Assembly (NCBI RefSeq): GCF_018977255.1 | Contig: NW_024704749.1 | Location: 8,494,001-8,558,000 of the forward strand | Length of the DNA stretch: 64,000 nt | Direction: 5' to 3' | From: Callorhinchus milii | Lineage: Eukaryota | Part shown: one piece after another, positions 12,701 through 26,400 of the stretch | Layout of the letters: the number at the start of each line of letters is the position of its first letter | How positions within the stretch are numbered: the stretch's first letter is position 1 | Translations under genes and position numbers: made by a program | The notes under the pieces: model-generated | The model's database searches: none | Seen by the model: the letters and a program-made list of their open reading frames with translations, nothing else | Told to the model about the DNA's origin: nothing

Positions 12701-15700
12701 CCCGCTGCGAAGCAGAGAGAGAGAGGAGGAAGAGTTATTTCATCTGAATGTGATCCCATTAACAGAGCTAAACACTGCTCTGACACGGCTAAACCAAGCG
12801 AACGAACGTTTCATTTGGGGGGCACAGATCCTGCGTTTTAAACAGTTCTGTGAAAAATATGGCTACCGGAACCACTTCTGGGTCAACAACAATAATCTTC
12901 GTTTATATAGCGCCGCTCACGTTCCAGAGAATCAACGCCGACTTAACTTCCTGCGCACGTGTGCAGACAGCCAGCACGAGCCAGTGTGAGCTGTCACGTG
13001 TGTGTGCGTCTCTCTCTCTCTGTATACACACACCGACACGTTTGCAACAAACCTATCGACAATACAACCCAACTCAACACAATCTGCATCCGAGTGCCAG
13101 TTCGCCCACAAAATACACAGACAATTTACTTTACAGTGTATTCTGTGAGACGCTTTGAGACGCCTCAAAGACGTGATAAGGCGCTGTATCAAATGCAAAG
13201 ATTATTACTGTTATTATTATTATTACGGATAATGGGACGAGAGGATTATACAGTCCGCAGCATTGAATAGGGTTAAAAATCAAATTATAATCTTTGAGAA
13301 GGAACCTCACCTGGTTTCCAGGTCCTGATGGAGGCCTTGTCCACTCTGGTGCCGTTAGTTTTAGCGTTCCCTGCCAGCACTGCTCTACCCGCCTGATAAC
13401 CTGCAGCCGCGAGAGATCTGCGTCAGGCGTTGTGTTTAACCCTCGCATTCCCGCGGAGAATGCGATTCAATTCACGTTTACAGCAAAAATGCAGCCACAC
13501 AATAACCCCAGCCGCACTTTCGGAATCAAAAATCGAACTCAAACCTCCTCAGCGTCACGGTTCAGAGATTCGTGCTTATATAATAAAATAATATTAATTT
13601 AGTCGCTCAATTCATATCCGTTTGTGGGGACACTCCTGTGCGCAATTGGCTGCCGCGTTTTGCCCACAAAATACACAGTCGCTACACTTTATAGTGTATC
13701 CCGTGAAGCGCTTCGAGACCGGTCTCAACGACGTGATAAGATATCAAATGCAAGGATTATTATAATACAGATCAGCGACTGGTACAGCACATTCTCGCTC
13801 ATTTACTCACTCACTCACCTGGGTTCCCTGACAGCATCTCGCCGGGCACCAGTCCGCTGGCTGAGTTGACAAACCTCCCACTGAATCTCTGCGTCACGGT
13901 GGCTTCGGAGCAAAACAGCAAATATCAAGATGAGGCGGCAGCAAAACACTCACAGCAACGTCAGCACAATGTGAACACGGGGATCTGAGCAGCGAGTAAA
14001 TTTGTCAGCAGCGAATCCAAGTGCGTGCGTGTGTGTGTCATGTGCGTGTATGGTGTGTGTGTACATATATCGTGCCCGAGCTTCCGGAACCCTCTCCCGA
14101 CGCCATCTGGAGCAGCGTTCCACACACTCATGTCCAGTGTAAGCTCGTTGGGAATCTCGCCCGTTACCTGGCAAAGCGAAGGAGAGGTTTGCCGTGGTGA
14201 CGAGGACGGTGACTTTGGAGATCGTGGCTCCGCTCCAGAAAAAAACGTAATCCACCCCCAGGGTCACGTTCTCGCACTTTCTGTCTCCTGGCTCCGGCTC
14301 CAGCTCCAAGGCTGCGGCCTCCTCTGTCACAGGGAAGAGAGAATCGGCCGGTCAACACAGTGCCGGAGAAGCGTTACATCAAGGCACGAGGTGAAGATTG
14401 GCCCACGTTGGGTTAACATGGAGCTGGAGGGTCCTCCCCTCATTACCTGCTGGGACACTGAGGTTCCCACCGTCGGCAAACAGGGACTCTGCCGTGGGGC
14501 TGAAGCCCATCACTGGAGACCTCACCACCAGGAAGTGGCTCATGTCCGTTGCTGTCTGGTATGTTACCACCGGCCACACTGCACCTGCACCAGGAGAGAG
14601 GAAATTAGGAACTGCTGGCCCCCCCAAAAAAATCTAGCTCGCCTTTAACAACAACAACAAATTACACTTACACGGCTCCTTTCACGTCGGGAGGACGTCC
14701 CAAGACGCTGGATAGTTGGGAATTTACACCCAAGCTGGGAGTTGGGATCAAGATGGCTGGAGGGCAGGGAGTAGGAGGGTTGAAGAGGAGGGTCTTGAGA
14801 CAGGCCTTGAAGGGCTACCATCCTGGTAGTCACATGCTACAATAATGGAGATGTTGATAGCAATGAATTCTGCAAGGATTAGTCAACCACAGAGTGGAAG
14901 GGGAGTGAGGAACCGGGAGCCACTTAGGGTTGGCGGAACAACAGTGCACGGTTTGCACACAATGTCAGAGTAACGGGGAAAGGAAAGGATTTGCTGGTAA
15001 TACGAGGCTCCGCGACTGTGTTCACGTCGGACGCACACGGCTGACTGCGACACTCACCCTCCTGCCCATTACTGAGCGGCTGCCCGATGGCGGGGCCGAC
15101 CGGACAGGCCTCGGCCCTGAGCGTGGACACACAGTGGACGTCAAAGTCCCGCAGGTACGCCACGGGTGCATCCCACAGACACTGGCCATTCAGGGACCTC
15201 TGGAAAAGGCAAACGCACAAGCTGAAAACGGTGTCCGAGGAGAGAGAGAGAATAATCTCAATACCAGCCCACCCAAACATTTCTGTGGTTTTAAGTAAGT
15301 TAAAGCGCTTTTCAACATCGGTAACCTTCAGGCACGCTCTGCTCTGCTGCGTAGCGTGAAACCCAGCGCTTGAGTTCCGTGTGGGACCTGGGGCGGGGGA
15401 GTGAGGGGAGTGGGAGCATGGCCACCACTTATCACTCGCACCCATCAAACAAACAACCTCCTCCTTTATCCCAACTCCTGTGACGCCTGTCGCCCTTGAC
15501 TCCGTGCGCGAGCGCCAAGGGCAGCTCCCGGCAGCTTGTACCTGCGGAACCAGCAGCTTCTCTCCCTGGTGGGTGAGGATCGGCACGTCCTGACTGTAAC
15601 TGGTCGGCCGAGGGGCTGCCGCGGGGTCAGAGCGGCCGAAGGAAAACCCCGGGGAAAACCAGCTCCTGCGGGAGGAAGTTCAACGAGAGCGGTGAGAGGG

Positions 15701-18700
15701 GGAGGGGTTGGCGCCTGGCGTTCCGTGCTGCCTGAGTCACCGTCAGCGATGCGGGTGAAGTCTCCCTCATGTCTGCCGCCGTCAACCGTACATTAATGTA
15801 AATGCACAAACTATACCGACGGTGATTGAGGCACCTGGATTTATAATAATAATCCTTTTATGCAACACCTTATCACGGCTCGAAGCGTTTCACAGAATAT
15901 ACTGTAAAGTGGATTGACTGTGTATTTTGTGGGCTAGCAAATTTATACAATGCCTTTACGTGGGATAGAGCGGTGAAAGAGGAGAGAAAGAGGATTCCCA
16001 TTTTCACAGTGTTGAAAAGACTCTCTGCGCTTCAGTGTAATTACAGTCGAGTGTAGTGACTGTTTTTTAGCCAAACCTTTTGGAGCCGCAACCATGTCCC
16101 ACAACCAGCCAGGAGGTGGCGCACTTACCTAGTGTGGCCATGGTAGAAAAGCCCCAAGAAGGGGGAGTTATCAGACGAGGAGTCCACACACAGGAAGGGG
16201 AACCAGTCCGGAGAGACGCCCCCACCCTCACCGTCACGCCGAGCCGAACACAACTGGTCAAAGGCGGGCGTCACGTTCCCCCCAAAGGCTCCCTTGTAGC
16301 AGTGACGGCTAAAGAGACGTTTGACGTCGGCCGTGCAGTCCTGGAAACACACAAGTGAACGTCTTTACGTAACTCAAGCCACGCTCGGCACAAAACATTT
16401 GATTTGATTGCATTCGCATTTGATCTTTGCATTTGATGCAAGTCCTCCCGATGTGAAAGGCGCTCCATAAATGTGATTTGTTGTCGTTTGTTAAAATGCC
16501 TCAAGAGATCAAGTCTTCCCCCAGCTCCAAACCGCAGAGCCAGCGAGACAAAACTCGGCAAAAGGTTATTTGTGCTCTGCCGTTGTGTAGCAGCGGGTCT
16601 CCACTCACCCTGTAACAGGGTCAATGTTCAGGGAGCTTTCCCTTTCCAGTGATTCAGACACGGCTGCTCTGCTCTACACAACACACGGCAGAATAATAAA
16701 AAAAAATGTGTTTGATGCAGCGCTTTATCACAGCAGGAGGACATGTCAATAGTAAAGTTTCTGTGTGTTTGGTGGCGAATACCTGGTCACAGCAGCAGCG
16801 GACATCACAGGCCTCTGCCTGCAAGTCACACGGGCAGAACCCCAGGGGATGGTACTCCTGTCTGAGAACCTGCAGCTTCATTTCTGCTCAAGTTAGAAAC
16901 ACAAACGTTTTTGTGCAACAGTCATTAGTAAGAGTATTAATCCTTGCATTTGATGCGGCGCCTTAACACTGCAATGTCGCACAGAGCTCACATCTCACCC
17001 CCAGCATCGCACTGGAACGTCAGCCTCATTCGCGCGTTCAAAGTCCCCCACACAAAAACTAGGAGGTGAAGGTGAGAGTGTTACCCATTGAGCTTGGCTG
17101 ACATCTGACCTGAAAAAATGCCATGTGGCCCACCCCTTCATGTCAACACTGAGCCTCTGGTCTTGTCACCGCCCTCCCCCCACCCCACCCCAATCCCGGG
17201 GTTGTTGCCGATCTGTGAAGTCGTCTGGCAGTGAGGAGCCCGGGCCACTCACCGTTATCCGTCGGAACGGGGTCGGAGGTGATGTTGGCGTAGATTTCCG
17301 CCTGTACGAGCAGCGTTGCAACCACGGTAAGGTCCTGGCACGCGGTAACCCGCAGAGTTTCCAGCACACACAGCCGCTCCGGGCAGCAGTTTGTCTGATG
17401 AGTGAGATTGCCGCAAAACGTCAGCAATCGATTCAGCTTCAGCTGAATGTTCAGGACAAAGGCCTGGGGTTCACAGTAAGGAAAACACCACTCCGTCACT
17501 TATAAACGCTCGACAATAATTACTGTAAGGTGTAGCGACTGTGTGTTTTGTAGGCAAACACAATAGCGCATTTAACACACAACAAAACGCGACTTGCTTC
17601 CATTAAAAAAAANCTCACCTCATCATTGTACGAACTGGTCAGTTCCCACTGGCCGGTGAGATTGCTCTGCACACAGTCAGAATGAGGCAAACTTCCTAAA
17701 TAAAGAGGAACACAATTAAAGCAAGGTTTGAATGTTTATAATGATAATAATCCTGGCATTTGATATAACGCCTTATCATGTCGTTGAGACGTCTCAAAGC
17801 GCTTCACAGAATATACCGTAAAGTGGAGTGCCGGTGTAGTTTGTGGGCAAAACGCGGCAGCCAATCGAGCACAGCAGTGGCAGTGTCCCACAAACGGTCA
17901 TGGATTGAGTGACCAGATTTATTTTAATAAACCGAAAGGAGTCGGCAACAGATCTTAAAGCGGGGTTATCAACGGAAAAGGGGGAATGTTCGAAGCATGT
18001 ACGTACACACAGACACACAGTCTTGTTGGAATGCCAATGGGAAGTGCTGGGCTGAATGACCTCTTACCGTTAGTGGGAGTAACAGTCTCCAGGCTGAGAG
18101 TCACACTGGAGCTCCCGCTTCCCAGCAGGAGCGCGTTCACTTCTGGTCCTGCTGCAATGATGAACGACGGCACGAAGACTGAGAGGAAGATTACACGAGA
18201 GGTTCCGCTCAAGAAGGCCGTTCAGTCGATGTGATCTCACGCATCCTTCCCAACACCCGACCTCCGTCCTCCCATCACTGCATCACATCCCAGTGTCCTC
18301 GCCTCAACCACCCGTCCTGGCAACCCTGTCCCCTTCATTGATTACCCCCGGAGCAGTGCTGTGTGCAGCCTGACCTGCAATACTCACCGTGTACAGCACC
18401 GTCTGAATATGGGGATTTGAACGCAACTGATTTACAACAATGGACCAACATCCTGATCACCTGCGTTATTGCTGCCTCACACAGTGACACTGACACACAC
18501 ACTGACACACACACACACAGACACTGACACACACACACTCTCACACACNNNNNNNNNNNNNNNNNNNNNNNNNNNNNNNNNNNNNNNNNNNNNNNNNNNN
18601 NNNNNNNNNNNNNNNNNNNNNNNNNNNNNNNNNNNNNNNNNNNNNNNNNNNNNNNNNNNNNNNNNNNNNNNNNNNNNNNNNNNNNNNNNNNNNNNNNNAC

Positions 18701-19020
18701 ACTGTCACACACAGGTACACACACACACACACTGACACAAACACACACAGACAGNNNNNNNNNNNNNNNNNNNNNNNNNNNNNNNNNNNNNNNNNNNNNN
18801 NNNNNNNNNNNNNNNNNNNNNNNNNNNNNNNNNNNNNNNNNNNNNNNNNNNNNNNNNNNNNNNNNNNNNNNNNNNNNNNNNNNNNNNNNTCAGGTGTCAG
18901 TCAGACTGTGGGGAAGCGGCACACGGGCTTCTCTCACTCACCCGCCGCCGCCCGGGCGCCGCTCAGGGCCTGACACAGCAGCAGCAGCCACAGCTCCCGC
19001 CTCCCGCTCCCCGCCGCCAT
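9727..19020 (-). CDS. TCTN2: Tectonic-2 (ciliary transition zone, multi-exon)
   Basis: Exon 1 18942-19020 encodes a signal-peptide-like [26 protein letters not shown]. Internal exons encode [53 protein letters not shown] and [23 protein letters not shown]. Last exon has a TM segment ([18 protein letters not shown]), stop at 9727-9729. Confidence 0.95.
10830..11160. repeat. CA-rich minisatellite in a TCTN2 intron
   Basis: Units like CACGCACACTCCCCCACATACACAGATACAAA. Confidence 0.8.
11712..12029 (+). mobile_element. Full-length tRNA-derived SINE (Deu-like core, L2-like tail)
   Basis: A-box TAGCTCAGTGG, B-box GAGTTCAATTCC, core TGTGGGACATTGCTGTGCGCAATTGGCTGCCGCG, tail ...AAATGCAAGGA(TTA)n; nearly identical to the copy at 46394. 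Confidence 0.9.
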
Positions 19021-19164
19021 GGCCCGGACCCCGCAACAACCGCCGCGCCCATTGGCCGCGCCGCCCCTGGCAACCAGAGACAGCCGCCCGTGTCAGTGAG
19101 GCCAACAGCGCCACCTGGCGACGGGAGGTCACCCCCACCCCCGCCGCCACAGCCACAGCCACCC

Positions 19165-19530
19165 ATCAATCAGTCAATCAGTCAATCAATCAAATAATCA
19201 ATCAGTCAATCAATCAGTCAATCAATCAATCAGTCAATCAGTCAGTCAATCAGTCAGTCNNNNNNNNNNNNNNNNNNNNNNNNNNNNNNNNNNNNNNNNN
19301 NNNNNNNNNNNNNNNNNNNNNNNNNNNNNNNNNNNNNNNNNNNNNNNNNNNNNNNNNNNNNNNNNNNNNNNNNNNNNNNNNNNNNNNNNNNNNNNNNNNN
19401 NNNNNNNNNTCAGTCAATCAGTCAGTCAATCAGTCAGTCAATCAGTCAATCAATCAATCAAATAATCAATCAATCAGTTAATCAGTCAATCAACAATCAC
19501 TCAATCAATCAAATAATCAATCAATCAAAA
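19165..19530. repeat. (TCAA/TCAG)n tetranucleotide repeat with an internal gap
   Basis: Direct reading; N run 19260-19409. Confidence 0.9.
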
Positions 19531-20579
19531 TACGAAATATACAGTTAATTCACTTTACAGTACATTCCGTGAAGCACGTTGGGACGTGTGAACGAGGAGA
19601 TAAGGCGTTATATCAAATACGAGGTTTATTTATTATTACTTAGAGCACAAGATTACATTTGTAAACCGCCTGTCGCGTCGGGAGGTCGGGCCAAGGCGCT
19701 GAGCAGTCAAGGATTAGTGCGCAATAGTGGTATTGTACAATTAATAACACTATAATTAACATTGTATTTGATGTAATACAATCCTGACATTTGGCGCAGG
19801 GCTACTGCCATCAGCCTTCAAGTGCTTAAAGCACAGGATTTACTGTAAAGTGCAGCGACTCTGTTTCTTTCGCAGGTCAACGCGGCAGCCCACGTGCACG
19901 CGGCAGCGTGCTCGCAAACAGCCATGAAGTGGCTGAGGGATATAAACTTTATCCAGAGGGAATGTAATCAATGCTCCGGAATGCTTGCAGTCAGTTATGA
20001 TTAGAGAATAGCACTGTACAGTGTTAGACATTACAATATACAATCGATCACTGGGAGATGCTGAGCCGGGAGAGTTAGCGAAGGAGACATTCTCGAGGGA
20101 TTATTAGCAGTTTTGCAAGGTCCAGTGAGGCACAGTTATGTAACTCTCAGTGCTCGATGTAGGAGGTAAAACACCTCTGGGGAATCCGTTTAATATTCAT
20201 CCTCACATTCCTGCAGCAGATTTAGGCTCACTGAGCTCACATAATGTTCTCAATCTCTCTTTAACCAGCGCCACCAGTCTCCTTCCCCCTCCCCACCTCA
20301 GGAGCCCGGCTCTAAGTGCTTTAAGACGTTCCCAACGTGAAAGGCACTGTGTAAACGTATATTTGTACAGCATTATATTGGAATTAGTGTGCGGGATTAG
20401 ACTTTTTGCAGGATTGGAAACAAAATTGCACAAGTTTCAAACAATAAAACCGTTAATTTTGCTAAAACAAAATCAGGAGAGTGTGTGCGTGAGAAACAAA
20501 ACCCAGACAATCAGGGGGTAAATCAGTAACTTGGTTTCCATCAGTTATTCGCCTCAGTCTCCTCAGTGACAGGGAGCCA

Positions 20580-22460
20580 ATGTGCATCAGCCCTATAAAA
20601 CCCCGCTGCAATTGTAAGAAGCCCCAAGAAAAGAGCAAGATTGAATGCAAACCAGTAATCAACCGGTCAAGACGTCACCACCACCACATTTCCCCCTCTT
20701 GGTGGTTTGGAAACCTAGCGAGCAAGCCATCAATTGTATCACATCCCTTCCCTCCCCCCCCCCCCCCCCCATTTGTTCAGATCCCATTCATGACCAAAAG
20801 ACTGAATGGAAGCAGATGTCTCCACAAGCTCCCGCTGGGTTTATAGCTATTCGTTAATCCCCTGTGGCTAATGGTTAACGCTGAGTGAAACGCGGACAGG
20901 CTTAAGCTTCTGACACCAGCCAGTAACTGAGCTGTGTCTCAGTGGGTCAGCCCCTGCCTCATCCCCATTGCCACTCAATGCCTCACTCAATTCTCACAAG
21001 CAGACACACACACCCCACCCCCTCCGTTCACCATCCCGCATTCTCCCCTCTTTTCTCTGGAGACATCTTGAGAGCAGGGACGTCCCTGGGCTCCTCGGAA
21101 TGCCGACTAGTTCCCGCAGTAACCTCTGCTTCTCTCTGGCCTTGTTGCACGGAGGTGACCCTCTGTATGCTCGCTGGGCACCCGACCTCCTGACTGCGCC
21201 TCAGGCCGTACAGAACAAGTTCATCAAAGAACAAAGAGCTTTACTGGAGGTAGGTTCCTCGTTTACTCCAGTAACAATACAATGTCCTTCACACACTGTG
21301 ATGGTCAAACGGGTAGCCTGCAAAATGCATCCGACAAGCAGAGCAAATGCATTTGCCTACAAAATATACAGTCGCTCCATATCGCAGTAAATCCTGTGAA
21401 GCGCTTTAAGACGACTTTCAGACACGATAAAAAAAAAGCTACAACAAACGCAAGGATTACTACGATTATTACTCAATCCTCCAGGTGAAACTAGTTTACA
21501 ACGATAAAGAACAAAAGCTTTTTGGTTATAATGGCAAAACCCACAATCGTACTTTACTGTACTATATGCCCTGAGAAGCACACTTTGAGACGTCTCGACA
21601 AGGTGATGAGGCGCTGTGTCGCTATGTATTATTACTGTGATGAGATAGAGTCGAGTCAGTAAGACAAGGCAGGGGCTGGGAGGAGCGACTGAGACTGACG
21701 GTAGCTAAATCAATGGTTCACCCTCCCTCTCCTTCACTTCACAGTCCTTGAGGACAATAGAGCAGGAGAAAGTGGCCAGGATGAGGCAGCTGGCGAGGGA
21801 AAAACAACAATTTACCCTTCTTCTTAAGAAAAGAAAACTCTTTCCCAACAACAGAGGGGCTCCTCCTCCTGATCCCCTTCTCCCCCTCCCCCCACATCCC
21901 CCCAAAGTCCCTGGAGTCAGCACCAAGGCCTCTCACCCGCAGACACGACAAGGCTACAAGACAGAACATCCGGCAAAATGTCCATCCGCCACTGCGCAGG
22001 GCAACAAACACCATCAGGTCAGTGCCACCTGCACCCAAACCAGAGTTTCTTTTCAAAGCTCTGCGCACAACTCGGCCTCTCCGCGTTCCCCTCACAACCC
22101 ACTCATAGTCATTATACTTTGCAGTAAATCCTGTGACGCCCTCCTGATGTGAAAGGCGCTGAACCCGATTATTTATGATTCTCGGACCCGACGTCCCCGG
22201 CAAACGGCTGTTAAGTGAAGTGAACCACAACAAATTGCATTTACACAGCGCCTTTCACGTCAGGAGGACACCCCAAGGGGCTGAACTGAACAAGCGATCT
22301 TACCAGAGGAACTGTTGGCTGAAACAAAGTCTTTAATTTTGCCTTTTAGGCCTCGGGAGGATTCGCTGAGCCCGAGAGCGGGTGTCGCAGTGAGACTCTG
22401 CCACAGACACGCTTGCTCCCAGACCTCAGCCCACAAGTCTCCGCTTTCCAGCATCGCTGA
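20580..22460 (+). CDS. Candidate uncharacterised spliced gene, ~218 aa, coiled coil plus Pro-rich tail (5' end unresolved)
   Basis: Exons 20545/20580-20665, 21063-21249, 21745-22017 and 22350-22460 join in one open frame with AG/GT sites and matching phases (2,0,0). AATAAA at 22656-22661. No family firmly recognised. Confidence 0.55.
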
Positions 22461-23470
22461 CGAACAAGAAGAAGATTCCATTTATAGAGCGCCTTTCACG
22501 TCGGGAGGACGTCCTAAGGCGCTGGACAGTTGGGTCAAGACCCGAGCATTGGGGGGAAATGGTCAGGGTGAGGGAAGGGAGGGAACAAATACCTCTTCAG
22601 TGTTATTAAGCCACACACACACGCATATATACCCAACTAACAAAAAGGTTTTTGGAATAAAGTTGTAAACCGATGACCAGCGCCCTTGAAAAGAGTGGAT
22701 TAGTAAATTCCGGCCCGGAGTGATTTCCCTGCCACCATCACGGGTCCCCACCGTTGCATCCTCAGCTCCCAGCAGCCGTTAGTCACAGCCTCGACACCCG
22801 ATCTGTGCGGAGTCTGTCGGCAGTTGCAGCTTGCGGTTTGAATCGATGGGTCTTTTGACTCTGCCTGTCAGGGTTCACTCACTCACTTACTCACTCACTC
22901 AGACAGACGACCACCCACCCACGCACCCCGCCCCCACGCACACACACGCACCCACCCACAGAATGGAAGAAGCAGGAAAGGTACACATGGAACAAACTTA
23001 TAATGAAAATAATTCCTTAAACAAGGATTTACAGAGTTGCCTGGCGCCACGTGGTTTATTCTCGTTGCGAGAGGAGAGGTGATGTATTTACAAAGACCGT
23101 AGACATTACTCAGCAGATCCTCCCCGGGCGGTAAGGGGGGTGGGTGGAGGAGGGCTTCACAATATCCGCTCGTCCCACTGAGAGCTGCCAGCGCTCCCGC
23201 ACACTGGGCTTTACTGCTGCACGGAGAACGTACCACAGTCTCGGGGTTCTGAGCTGATTAACCTCACAGTGATGCTGGCTTGGGGGTGGGGGAGTGAGTT
23301 TACAGTATAAAAACGCACTGTTACAGTACAAAGCCACATTCCCCCCCCCCATATGTCCTTATTGTGGCTGCCGTAGTCAGGAAGGCATTGCCCGGTCACC
23401 GCCGGTTACAACAAACCCAACGCACGGCACGTTGCGTGTCACACTGCCTCGTGGCACGGCGAGGCTCAGC

Positions 23471-26400
23471 TCAGCTCACAAAGTAATTAGGCACCGACGG
23501 CTTCAACTTCTTCTTCTTAGCTTTGAGCACTGGTGGCAAAGCCATTCTGAACGCAGTCCTGGGCGAGGAATAAAATAACAGACGTGTTAGTTCACGATGA
23601 TAATATTAACCCTCGCATTCGGTACAGCGCCTTATCACACCGCTGAGACGTCTCAAAGCGCTTCGCAGGATATACTGTAAAGAGTAGCAACTGTGCATTT
23701 TGTGGGTGGAACGTAGCAGCCAATTGCCTCCCCACAAACAGTCGAGGATCGAGTGACCACATTTTATTTCGAAGGGAATATTACTCCCGGAAAGCGATCT
23801 TGCCAATCGACTAACCAGCGGGTTCCTACTTACTGTTAGGTAAACAGAAGTGTGTGAAGTCATGAAACACGAGTAAAGATTCCACCCCCACTTCCCACCC
23901 CCCCCCCCACACCGACTATAACACCTCCTGTCATACTAATAATAATAATCGCATTTGATGCAGCGCCTTATCTAGTCGTTCAAAGTGCTTCGCAGGATAC
24001 ACTGTGAAGTGTAGTGACTGTGTATTTTGTGGGTGAAACTGTACTTACTCGCATGTGGTGCAGATGGGGCTGAAGTTACAGAATACTAGAGAGTGAAAAC
24101 AAAGAGAGAGACGAGAGTTAAGACACCGAGCAAATCACCACGTCGCAGCGCGAGGGAACGGGAGCTGAGACTCACTGGACAGGCAGACGGAGCACACGTA
24201 GCCGATCTCGATCAGGTTCCGGTGACAGAAGCAGGCGGCCCGGTAATCCACGTGCACAGGGGGCGGCAGCACCAGCTGTGCCCGGTGCTCAGGGTCCGGC
24301 AGGAACACCCACTGCAGAGAGAACGGGCAACAGTCAGCAGGTGGCCCACCGCCCAACCCCAGCTCTCCCCCTCCTCCGGCGAGCGGCAGACACTACCGTG
24401 CTGGTCACCTCGCACAAGTGTCTGTGGCAACCGCATTTTTTTCGTGCCCAGAGTAAACCGGGCAAATGGCGGCTGTCACATAAATTGCCACAGGTCGGTA
24501 CTTGGGTAACCGGGCTTCAGGGTAATCCGCAACTCAGCCCGAGCGCGAGCGAAACTGCCGTCAGCTGCTCTCTTACCAGCAGGTACTGTGTGAGGGAGAG
24601 GGTCTGCGGGACTCGTAGATAAACACCTCCCGTGATATCACAGGCCTGCAGACACAAACATAGCGTCACATCACGTAACAAAGCACTGAGCGGTGTTAAA
24701 TATCAAGCCATTTCATGCTGAACTCTGCAGATAATCGCAAAGGGTCAGTGTTACACATCACAGCATGGCGTTACACAGCCTGGCACAGGGTTACACATCA
24801 TAGCATGGCATTACACAGCCTGGCACAGCATTACACATCACAGCATGGCATTACACAGCCTGGCACAGCATTACACATCACAGCATGGCATTACACAGCC
24901 TGGGACAGCGTTACACAGCTAGGGACAGCGTTACACAGCACAACTTGGAGCTTCTGGGCCAGAGCTCAGTTGCACTGAACGTACCTGTTGGAGGAGACCG
25001 GAATCAGAGTCCAACACACAGGCATCAATCAGGATGTTCTGGGTGGGGGAGAAAGGCAGAGTTTGTCGGACGTTTAAATATCGTTGGTTCCTGCAGCGTA
25101 AATTAAAGCAACTCAAAGCCAAGGTTTGTCGTCTACGGGAGAATAATTTCCGTTAATCACGTTTTTAGAAGAAAAAAAACCTTTTGGATACTAAACAACA
25201 AGATTACATTTGTATAGCGTCTTTCACGTCGGGAGAACGTCCGAATTAAACAGGCTCGAGTGACGGGGAGTGTGAGAGGATTCCTCTCTGCCCTGTGTGA
25301 CACACAGACAGCAAAGCCAGGCAACCTACCTGTTTCTGTGCCGCGAAGATCACATTCATAAAATTCATGTACTGAGCAGCACAGTCGTCTGCAGCTTTTA
25401 TAACCTGTGCCAAAAAAACAGCCAATTACAAGCTGCTCAAACCGCTCAACTGAAAGCACGAGTGATCAGCCGGAAGCAGTGAAACACTCACCAGGACTCG
25501 GGATTTCATCTCTCGGCCCGCTGTGTAATAAATAAAAACCAAATAAAAACCAGATTTGTGACACGTGGTAAGCTGCGGTTACACAACAATATCTGAGAAT
25601 CTCACTGAGAGAATTTACCACACGCGAGAGAGAGAGAGACAGAGAGCGAGCACCCACCTTCTAACTCCTTATTCACCTTGTGGATATCTGAATCGAAATC
25701 GCTCAGGAAAAAAAAAGGCTTAAAACCTACCTACGGTCACCTCCCCCTCCTCTCTTGCTCGGTGTCTGACCCTGGCCCTGTGCAGCACTCTGAGACGTTA
25801 CCCCACGTGACGGGCGCTGTGTAAATGCAGGTTTTTGTTATTGTACTGTGTAGATAATGTCGATAATAATCGGTGTTAAGATTTAATCACAGCGTAACTG
25901 AACACCAGACTCAGACAGGAAGTGCGTCCCTGCTGACACCCCGAGGAAGGATACAGCACAATGCCTTGGCCAGTGACCCCGCCAGCAAGGTCTCCATCAT
26001 GTGGGCTCTCACCTCAGCTGCAACACAAAGGGGGGGGCGGGCGGGAGATTTAAATCAACGCACCAATATTGTTTATTCCGGCCAAGATCTGACGGTTAGC
26101 TTGCGGACGCACAGAAGCTCACTCACTTTTCGCCATCAGATCCTTGACCTCCTCCGTGATCACGTCATCGCACACAGCTAGCAGCTCGTACTTCCCGTCT
26201 CGGCTGCCCGAGAAATTAGCTTCCGCTGAACCGTCGTCGCTATTTCCCATAAAGCTTCCCGGCTTCCAGTGTTTCCCCGGATACAGGAAGCGGCTGTGTT
26301 GTGTGCGGAGGAGAGACAGACGGGAGGATTCAAGTTTTTGGAGCATTTTTTGGTTTATAATATTAATCGTTGCGTTTGATACAACGCCTTATCGCACTGT

